From positions 1 to 21,001 of IMG/VR virus record IMGVR_UViG_3300005077_000011: a stretch of DNA of 21,001 bases; one strand, given 5' to 3'. Source of the DNA: a virus. Under the pieces are notes generated by a model. The model saw only the letters and a list, made by a program, of their open reading frames with translations, had not been told where the DNA came from and ran no database searches. How positions within the stretch are numbered: the first letter of the stretch is position 1; every line of letters begins with the position of its first letter. Positions 1 to 4,502 of the stretch are shown piece by piece. A program made the translations under genes and the position numbers.

Positions 1-62
1 GGTACTGCCCCCGCTCAGACTGCATTCACAGTGCAGTGCCTCGCTTCTTGGCTTTTTCCACC
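1..62 (-). tRNA. tRNA-His(GUG), 3' end truncated by window edge
   Basis: Anticodon arm CTGCA-CT-GTG-AA-TGCAG; encoded G-1; A8 instead of U8; atypical T-loop GGCAGTA. Confidence 0.85.
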
Positions 63-166
63 AATAATAATGCTTCAATAACTTGGTTAGGCACTATGCA
101 CTTAAATCGTGCTTTCTTAAATGCTGCTAACCATTTTCTTGCTTCTTTCAATGTTATATGAGCCAT
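26..166 (-). CDS. 46-aa hypothetical helical protein overlapping tRNA-Thr and tRNA-His
   Basis: MAHITLKEARKWLAAFKKARFKCIVPNQVIEALLLVEKAKKRGTAL*; fills the unstructured spacer with phage-typical codons. Confidence 0.45.
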   Translation of the reverse strand: MAHITLKEARKWLAAFKKARFKCIVPNQVIEALLLVEKAKKRGTAL

Positions 167-232
167 CGAGAGGAATCGAACCTCTTACATGCTGTTTACA
201 AAACAGCTGTTCTGCCAGTGAACTACGAAGGC
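161..232 (-). tRNA. tRNA-Thr(UGU)
   Basis: GCCTTCG acceptor, GCTGT-TT-TGT-AA-ACAGC, T-loop TTCGATT. Confidence 0.95.
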
Positions 233-236
233 ATGG

Positions 237-372
237 GTTGAGGTAAACCAGTCTTTTATGTTACAAGGCTTGCGCCAGGCACTGCTTGTCTTCCGCTTCC
301 TACTTGCAAATAGGAAATTAGACTACAGACAACTCGAGAAAGTAGGCTTAAAGGGCTTAAAGCCCCCTCAAC
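237..372 (-). ncRNA. Unassigned structured RNA (~136 nt)
   Basis: Closing stem GTTGAGG/CCTCAAC; helices GGGCT/AGCCC, TAAGCC/GGTTTA, TTGTCT/AGACAA, TTCCTA/TAGGAA, GGC-GCAA-GCC. Confidence 0.55.
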
Positions 373-376
373 TTTG

Positions 377-449
377 TGCCGCCCCCAAGAATCGAACTCG
401 GATAATGTGATTTTCAGTCACACGCCTTGACCAGCTCGGCCAGAACGAC
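377..449 (-). tRNA. tRNA-Phe(GAA)
   Basis: TGTGA-CT-GAA-AA-TCACA; CCGAG-TTCGATT-CTTGG. Confidence 0.95.
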
Positions 450-450
450 T

Positions 451-527
451 AAGAGTGAGCATATCGTTACTGATTGAAAAATCGTATAATCAATCGAATT
501 AATTCTGTCAGACTATGACTCACTCTT
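451..527 (-). ncRNA. Unassigned stem-loop RNA (~77 nt)
   Basis: AAGAGTGAG(T)CATA pairs with TATG-CTCACTCTT (13 bp, one bulge); inner hairpin GATTGA/TCAATC. Confidence 0.45.
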
Positions 528-609
528 GTTGTACGAATATTAAATTCGTCTAATTGTTAGCTGACAGCACTATTCCTTAGATGTCGATTATCACCTGTAA
601 ATAGCCTTG

Positions 610-680
610 AGCGGAATACCAGAATTGAACTGGTTACTAATCATTGGCAATGATTCGTTTTGCCGGTAAACCAATCCCGC
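610..680 (-). tRNA. tRNA-Gly(GCC)
   Basis: GCGGGAT acceptor, AATCA-TT-GCC-AA-TGATT, U73. Confidence 0.95.
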
Positions 681-685
681 GGATC

Positions 686-755
686 TCCATGTAACTCCGT
701 ACGAAAGTTAGCACATGGATTAGCTTGCGAATAGAGCTCTTGCGGAACACTATTC
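686..755 (-). ncRNA. Two-hairpin structured spacer RNA
   Basis: GAATAG/CTATTC hairpin capped by GCAA; linker GCAAGCTAA; hairpin TCCATG/CATGGA with TAACT/AGTTA. Confidence 0.4.
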
Positions 756-760
756 CTTTG

Positions 761-832
761 AGGATCATAACAGAATCGAACTGTTGTTTAGTTGTTTTGC
801 AGACAACCGTGTTTCCACTTCACCAACGATCC
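761..832 (-). tRNA. tRNA-Cys(GCA)
   Basis: GTTGT-CT-GCA-AA-ACAAC, U73. Confidence 0.95.
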
Positions 833-889
833 ATGACAGAGATCCCAAAGGGTTCTCCGTAATCTTTTCTACACATGGTAGATAGACTG

Positions 890-961
890 TGGCTAATTAC
901 TGAATTGAACAGTAATCTGTCCCTTATGAGAGGACCGTAATGTCCATTATACCAAGTAGCC
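890..961 (-). tRNA. tRNA-Met(CAU), elongator-like (Ile2 not excluded)
   Basis: GGCTACT acceptor, GTCCT-CT-CAT-AA-GGGAC. Confidence 0.85.
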
Positions 962-970
962 ATTTATTTG

Positions 971-1040
971 TTGCGGCCCACGGAATCGCACCGTGACTTC
1001 AGGATTATGAGCCCTGTGTGCTGCTTTACACTAGACTGCA
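971..1040 (-). tRNA. tRNA-fMet(CAU), initiator-like
   Basis: CAGGG-CT-CAT-AA-TCCTG (GGG run in anticodon stem); 3' strand ...CCGCA-A; T-loop TGCGATT. Confidence 0.8.
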
Positions 1041-1041
1041 A

Positions 1042-1260
1042 TTATTCTTCTGTCAACTCTGAAGTATCTTCAAGAATATCTTCAACATGCTCTTGTTGTT
1101 TATTTACTGTCATCTGAATAAATAGAGACAAATAAATTGCTTCTAAAGATAATAATGTTGTTAATGTTAATAATACTTTTTCAAAGTCAAAAAAGAACAT
1201 GAGCAATATTGCTATTACAAATACTATTGTGTGCACAAACAAAGAGGACTTTGTTCCCAT
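1042..1260 (-). CDS. DUF1003-like small membrane protein (true start probably upstream, ACG at 1305)
   Basis: Two hydrophobic segments and the motif LTTLLSLEAIYLSLFIQMTVNKQ typical of DUF1003; frame open upstream (TKRKRANIIEDLIKW). Confidence 0.7.
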   Translation of the reverse strand: MGTKSSLFVHTIVFVIAILLMFFFDFEKVLLTLTTLLSLEAIYLSLFIQMTVNKQQEHVEDILEDTSELTEE

Positions 1261-1310
1261 CCATTTTATTAGATCTTCAATAATGTTTGCTCTTTTTCTT
1301 TTCGTGTCTG

Positions 1311-1381
1311 CACAGTCATAAAGAATCGAACTTTATCAAAGCGTTTTGGAGACGCTTGTGCAACCAGTACACCTTGACTGT
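1311..1381 (-). tRNA. tRNA-Trp(CCA)
   Basis: AGCGT-CT-CCA-AA-ACGCT, G73, A8. Confidence 0.95.
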
Positions 1382-1387
1382 ATTATG

Positions 1388-1472
1388 TGCTGATCCTAAG
1401 AGTTGAACTTAACGGCCCGGTTAAGGGTTCAGTTTTACAGACTGATTCGCCTCCGTAACGAACTATATCAGC
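1388..1472 (-). tRNA. tRNA-Tyr(GUA), long variable arm (bacterial type)
   Basis: TCAGT-CT-GTA-AA-ACTGA; G1-C72; long V-arm. Confidence 0.9.
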
Positions 1473-1503
1473 ATGAACTCCGTCTTTTGACGAATGTTCA
1501 TTG

Positions 1504-1588
1504 TGCACATGAGAGGAGTTGAACCTCTACGCTTTTTTAGGGCTCATCGTCCTTAGCGATGCGTGTCTGCCAATTTCACCACACGTGC
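1504..1588 (-). tRNA. tRNA-Leu(AAG)
   Basis: CATCG-CT-AAG-GA-CGATG; Leu-type D-loop AAATTGGCAGA; long V-region; A73. Confidence 0.92.
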
Positions 1589-1593
1589 ATTTG

Positions 1594-1666
1594 TCAAGAT
1601 AGAAAGACTCGAACTTTCAGTCTCCTGTTCCCAAAACAGGCGCGATGCCAATTTCGCTATATCCTG
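1594..1666 (-). tRNA. tRNA-Pro(UGG)
   Basis: C1-G72; CCTGT-TT-TGG-GA-ACAGG. Confidence 0.95.
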
Positions 1667-1705
1667 AAGTCAAGACCAGCCTTTATAGATGCTGGTCACA
1701 TCTTG

Positions 1706-1777
1706 CTCTGACGGAGAGATTCGAACTCCCGATATCCTCCTTAACAGGGAGGCGTTCTACCTCTGAACTACATCAGA
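1706..1777 (-). tRNA. tRNA-Asn(GUU)
   Basis: U1-A72, CCTCC-CT-GTT-AA-GGAGG, G73. Confidence 0.95.
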
Positions 1778-1779
1778 AT

Positions 1780-1856
1780 TGGCGAGCTTGACGGGATTCG
1801 AACCCGTGATCTGCTCCGTGACAGGGAGCCGGATTAAGCCACTTTCCCACAAACCC
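1780..1856 (-). tRNA. tRNA-Asp(GUC), only gene with encoded CCA
   Basis: GCTCC-CT-GTC-AC-GGAGC; ends G-CCA. Confidence 0.95.
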
Positions 1857-1862
1857 ATTTTG

Positions 1863-1933
1863 TTCCGCGCCCTAGATTCGAACTACAATTTCCTGCTTCA
1901 GAGGCAGACGTCCTACCGTTGAACGATCGCGGA
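1863..1933 (-). tRNA. tRNA-Gln(CUG)
   Basis: TCTGC-CT-CTG-AA-GCAGG; U1-A72; weak T-stem with a G-G mismatch. Confidence 0.85.
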
Positions 1934-1939
1934 ATCAAG

Positions 1940-2012
1940 TACTCTTACCGGGAGTCGAACCCAGATCCAGTGTTTCGAAGACACTCATTCTAGTCCATTA
2001 AACTATAAGAGC
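1940..2012 (-). tRNA. tRNA-Arg(UCG)
   Basis: AGTGT-CT-TCG-AA-ACACT. Confidence 0.95.
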
Positions 2013-2018
2013 ATTAAG

Positions 2019-2090
2019 TACCCCGTAGAGGAATTGAACCCCTATCCCGTCGTTAGAAGCGATGTATTCTGTCCATTGAACTAACAGGGC
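2019..2090 (-). tRNA. tRNA-Arg(UCU)
   Basis: CATCG-CT-TCT-AA-CGACG. Confidence 0.93.
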
Positions 2091-2095
2091 ATAAG

Positions 2096-2167
2096 TGAAT
2101 CCTGAAGGAGTTGAACCTTCCTAAGCCAGCTTAAAAGGCTGGTGCACTTCCGCTATGCCAAAGATCC
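2096..2167 (-). tRNA. tRNA-Lys(UUU)
   Basis: CCAGC-CT-TTT-AA-GCTGG. Confidence 0.95.
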
Positions 2168-2182
2168 TATCTATATTTGTAT

Positions 2183-2350
2183 CTATATTTTAGCATTATA
2201 TGAGCTCTTTTCTCCACATCTTTCACAGACGGGTATATCTAATTTATATGTAAATGTTCTTCCTGCTCCACTAACAGATCTTGTATAAATCCATTTATGT
2301 TGTCCAAGAATAGATTTTTTACACTTTGTTTCTTTGATTTCTTCTTTCAT
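2183..2350 (-). CDS. 55-aa zinc-binding microprotein (C..H..CxxC, DUF1660-like)
   Basis: MKEEIKETKCKKSILGQHKWIY...PVCERCGEKSSYNAKI*. Confidence 0.7.
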   Translation of the reverse strand: MKEEIKETKCKKSILGQHKWIYTRSVSGAGRTFTYKLDIPVCERCGEKSSYNAKI

Positions 2351-2360
2351 ACACGCATTG

Positions 2361-2432
2361 TGAATCCAGAAAGATTCGGACTTTCAACCGTCCGCTTAAG
2401 AGGCGGATGCTCTACCATTGAGCTATAGATCC
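2361..2432 (-). tRNA. tRNA-Lys(CUU)
   Basis: TCCGC-CT-CTT-AA-GCGGA; T-loop TCCGAAT. Confidence 0.95.
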
Positions 2433-2486
2433 AAAAAAAGGTGGCTTTACACGGTACAAAACATAAAGTAATGACGTGATCCACCT
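2433..2486 (-). other. Bulged stem-loop followed by U-tract (terminator-like or small RNA)
   Basis: AGGTGG/CCACCT and CACG/CGTG followed by a T-run. Confidence 0.35.
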
Positions 2487-2489
2487 AAG

Positions 2490-2563
2490 TGCCTATGAGA
2501 GGACTCGAACCTCTAGAACGCAGTTTCTAAAACTGCTGTCTTTGCCAATTTGACTACAAGGGC
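2490..2563 (-). tRNA. tRNA-Leu(UAG) lacking variable arm
   Basis: GCAGT-TT-TAG-AA-ACTGC; 5-nt V-region GTTCT; Leu-type D-loop; A73. Confidence 0.9.
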
Positions 2564-2567
2564 TATT

Positions 2568-2648
2568 TGAGCTACACCGCTTTTACTAATGGGACTAGAA
2601 AGCTCTTCGAAATGTCCCACAAGAGTCACAACTTTCAGCTCAGGTGAC
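2568..2648 (-). ncRNA. Unassigned pseudoknot-capable RNA (~80 nt)
   Basis: GTCAC/GTGAC, TGAGCT/AGCTCA, GTGGGAC/GTCCCAT, CTCTT/AAGAG. Confidence 0.5.
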
Positions 2649-2656
2649 GGTAAGAG

Positions 2657-2730
2657 TGCCTATAACAGGATTCGAACCTGTACTTGACCGCTTTTAAGAC
2701 GGTTGCCTCTGCCAGTTGGGCTATAAGGGC
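2657..2730 (-). tRNA. tRNA-Leu(UAA) lacking variable arm
   Basis: ACCGT-CT-TAA-AA-GCGGT; 5-nt V-region CAAGT; A73. Confidence 0.9.
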
Positions 2731-2731
2731 T

Positions 2732-2780
2732 TGGAGCCAGTGTTTTTATTTTACTGTGGTCATCCCCGGCGTCCCACATC
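2732..2780 (-). ncRNA. Small H-type pseudoknot candidate ending in CCA
   Basis: TGTGG/CCACA crossed with GCCGG/CTGGC, A-rich linker GTAAAATAAAAACA, 3' end TCCA. Confidence 0.4.
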
Positions 2781-2785
2781 TTGAG

Positions 2786-2864
2786 TGCTCATAGAAGGAT
2801 TCGAACCTTCATGCTTTCACAATAGTTTTTGAAACTATCGCGTATACCATTTCGCCATACGAGC
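2786..2864 (-). tRNA. tRNA-Leu(CAA), miniature variable arm
   Basis: ATAGT-TT-CAA-AA-ACTAT; V-arm GT-GAAA-GC (2 bp). Confidence 0.93.
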
Positions 2865-2869
2865 AATTC

Positions 2870-3069
2870 CAGGATATATAGTTGCGAACATTTCGTACCC
2901 TGAAGGGTTCGGTTAGATTTTGGTTTTCACCAAAACCCTTTGGCTGGTCGTTTTATAGGACTGAGCAATACATTCCTATGGGCCGACCTCTGCAATTGCT
3001 TTGCTCCGCCTTACGGCATTTAACTGATCTTCAGCCTTGATCAGCACCACCACAATTTAAGCCATTGTG
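2870..3069 (-). ncRNA. Unassigned multi-hairpin RNA (~200 nt) with two candidate pseudoknots
   Basis: CACAAT/ATTGTG, CTGATC/GATCAG, GCC-GTAA-GGC, GGTCG/CGACC, ATAGGA/TCCTAT, TTTTGGT-GAAA-ACCAAAA, ACCC-TTCA-GGGT. Confidence 0.6.
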
Positions 3070-3071
3070 AG

Positions 3072-3157
3072 CGGAAGAAGTGAGATTCGAACTCACGAGA
3101 ATCTTTCGACGCTGCCAATTTAGCAAACTGGCTAGGATAACCACTCCAGATTCTTCC
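3072..3157 (-). tRNA. tRNA-Ser(GCU)
   Basis: GGAAGAA acceptor, loop TT-GCT-AA, long V-arm with GAAA, G73. Confidence 0.92.
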
Positions 3158-3161
3158 AATG

Positions 3162-3247
3162 CGGAAGCTGAGGGATTCGAACCCCCAAGAGCTTGCGCCC
3201 GTGCCTGTTTTCAAGACAGGTTCCTTAACCGTTGGGATCAAGCTTCC
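3162..3247 (-). tRNA. tRNA-Ser(UGA)
   Basis: CCTGT-CT-TGA-AA-ACAGG; V-arm GGGC-GCAA-GCTC; G73. Confidence 0.95.
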
Positions 3248-3396
3248 AGATCTTTTCTTTTTTTAAAGTTCATTTTGTCAACAGTATCTCTCATCCAGTT
3301 CAAATGTAGCATCCTGCTCCATTCTCCTACAGATTTCATTGGAGAAAACATTTTTCTCCAGATTCGATGCTTGAATTTTTTCTTTTTAAAATTCAT
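3238..3396 (-). CDS. 52-aa basic microprotein; stop codon lies inside tRNA-Ser(UGA)
   Basis: MNFKKKKFKHRIWRKMFSPMKSVGEWSRMLHLNWMRDTVDKMNFKKRKDLEA*. Confidence 0.55.
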   Translation of the reverse strand: MNFKKKKFKHRIWRKMFSPMKSVGEWSRMLHLNWMRDTVDKMNFKKRKDLEA

Positions 3397-3399
3397 ATC

Positions 3400-3470
3400 T
3401 GTTAGTCTCTAAACCTTATCTGACGGTTGAAGTAAGTATCAGTTTAGAGCAACCGTAAATTATACTAACA
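3400..3470 (-). ncRNA. Nested pseudoknot directly upstream of the micro-ORF at 3396
   Basis: TGTTAGT/ACTAACA encloses crossing helices ACGGTTG/CAACCGT and CTCTAAAC/GTTTAGAG, all perfect Watson-Crick. Confidence 0.6.
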
Positions 3471-3473
3471 TTG

Positions 3474-3545
3474 TAGTCCCTAAGAGACTTGAACTCCCAA
3501 CCTTCTCTGTGTAAAAGAGTCGCTCTGCCATTGAGCTAAAGGACT
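3474..3545 (-). tRNA. tRNA-Val(UAC)
   Basis: CTCT-TT-TAC-AC-AGAG; A73. Confidence 0.93.
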
Positions 3546-3546
3546 G

Positions 3547-3617
3547 AGCATTCAAGGGGACTCGAACCCCTGACCGCTGCTTGGAAGGCAGCCGCGTTAC
3601 CACTACGCCATGAACGC
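3547..3617 (-). tRNA. tRNA-Gly(UCC)
   Basis: GCTGC-CT-TCC-AA-GCAGC; U73; 1-nt spacer to tRNA-Val. Confidence 0.95.
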
Positions 3618-3619
3618 AA

Positions 3620-3942
3620 TTAAAAAACTAACTATGGGAAAGAAGGCAATAAAAAATCCGTTTTTCCAATCAGCGGTTGTTCCAGGTTTCCCCAGTTCAA
3701 CATAAAAGGTCTAACAAGCTCCTTTACTGAACTTGCCACTCATTGAATCCTCTGCAGTAAAAATTTACATATGCCTGTAAGGTGATTGTTAAAATCTACT
3801 GGATTCGAGACCATTATCACTCTTGCGAGATCTAGGCTTACCTTTGATTATTTCGAAAGTCTAGATACTAATCACTTAGCTTCAAATGTGCACTAGCCCT
3901 GCGTAGCAGCTTATTATGCGATTCCCAAAGTTAATTTTTTAA
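3620..3942 (-). ncRNA. Large unassigned structured RNA (~320 nt)
   Basis: 21-nt imperfect terminal inverted repeat, many internal helices and GNRA loops, no long ORF, promoter immediately upstream. Confidence 0.65.
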
Positions 3943-3954
3943 TGTTCAAATACT

Positions 3955-3983
3955 ATTATATACCAACTTTTAAAATTTGTAAA
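3955..3983 (-). promoter_or_regulatory. sigma70-like promoter inside the tRNA array
   Basis: TTTACA-17 nt-TATAAT. Confidence 0.75.
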
Positions 3984-3994
3984 TATTCAATTTG

Positions 3995-4065
3995 TACCCC
4001 TACAGAGATTCGAACTCTGGCTACTACCTTGAGGGGGTAGTGTCCTGCCTCTAGACAACAGGGGC
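3995..4065 (-). tRNA. tRNA-Glu(CUC)
   Basis: CTACC-CC-CTC-AA-GGTAG (C33). Confidence 0.9.
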
Positions 4066-4073
4066 ATCAACTG

Positions 4074-4145
4074 TGGACCATAAGAGAATCGAACTCTTAC
4101 CTAAACTTTGCAAAAGTTTCGTTCTGCCATTAGCACTAATAGCCC
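4074..4145 (-). tRNA. tRNA-Ala(UGC)
   Basis: AAACT-TT-TGC-AA-AGTTT; G3-U70 identity pair. Confidence 0.95.
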
Positions 4146-4146
4146 T

Positions 4147-4212
4147 TTACTTCTTTTTGTTTTTCTTTGGTTTCTTTTTCTCGCGATTGCCGCGACGTTC
4201 TTTGTCTGCCAT
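4147..4212 (-). CDS. 21-aa Lys/Arg-rich microprotein
   Basis: MADKERRGNREKKKPKKNKKK*; fills the spacer between two tRNAs almost exactly. Confidence 0.65.
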   Translation of the reverse strand: MADKERRGNREKKKPKKNKKK

Positions 4213-4215
4213 ACG

Positions 4216-4289
4216 TAGCGTGTGCCGGATTCGGACCGGCGATCTTTTCCTTGAAAGGGAAACGAGTTGGGCCACTCCTCCAACACGCC
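4216..4289 (-). tRNA. tRNA-Glu(UUC)
   Basis: TTTCC-CT-TTC-AA-GGAAA; T-loop TCCGAAT. Confidence 0.93.
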
Positions 4290-4294
4290 TTAAG

Positions 4295-4365
4295 TTCCAC
4301 TGCTAGGAATCGAACCCAGATTAAGTGGTTCAAAGCCACCTGGCCTACCTTTAGCCGACTGTGGA
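4295..4365 (-). tRNA. tRNA-Gln(UUG)
   Basis: GGTGG-CT-TTG-AA-CCACT; U1-A72. Confidence 0.93.
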
Positions 4366-4370
4366 ATCAG

Positions 4371-4499
4371 TTATTTTTCTATAGGTTCTTTTGTAACAAA
4401 CTTACAATTTAAACACTTCCAGTTTGTTTTTGTACTTGTATCCTGTTTAATTAAATTTGTTGAGTCACATTTTGGACAATGTTTTGTTGTATCTGCCAT
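4371..4499 (-). CDS. 42-aa zinc-ribbon microprotein
   Basis: MADTTKHCPKCDSTNLIKQDTSTKTNWKCLNCKFVTKEPIEK*; two CxxC motifs. Confidence 0.75.
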   Translation of the reverse strand: MADTTKHCPKCDSTNLIKQDTSTKTNWKCLNCKFVTKEPIEK

Positions 4500-4502
4500 A
4501 AG

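Noticed and set aside
237-372. Minimal RNase P RNA (3' AAAAGACUGGUUUA resembles conserved region V)
   Set aside because: The 5' P4 signature is missing and the element is too short
686-755. c-di-GMP-I riboswitch
   Set aside because: Two hairpins with GNRA and a GCAA linker are suggestive, but the conserved ligand-binding junction is missing and no gene follows
1473-1700. Short spacer hairpins (1473-1501, 1674-1697) as Y RNA or separate genes
   Set aside because: Simple stems only; GGCTGGTC is on the 3' side and lacks the Y RNA bulged-C helix
2490-3247. tRNAs with anticodons TAG, TAA and TGA as stop suppressors or evidence of recoding
   Set aside because: These anticodons read CUA, UUA (Leu) and UCA (Ser); no CUA/UCA/UUA anticodon is present, and genes end normally at TAG and TGA
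3041-3412. ORF-track entries 3041-3241(-) and 3080-3412(+)
   Set aside because: They run through or antisense to two tRNA-Ser genes
3400-3470. tRNA-associated HDV-like (theta) ribozyme
   Set aside because: The crossing P1/P2 topology is similar, but there is no convincing P3/L3, no G1 at the tRNA 3' end and no catalytic C in the J4/2-equivalent
3620-3942. tmRNA, RNase P RNA or group I intron
   Set aside because: No Ala-acceptor/T-loop/tag ORF, no GAGGAAAGUCC, no ordered P7 GACU/AGUC core
4073-4412. Four overlapping ORF-track entries
   Set aside because: Shadow frames over tRNA-Ala, Glu and Gln; the 21-aa ORF explains the spacer
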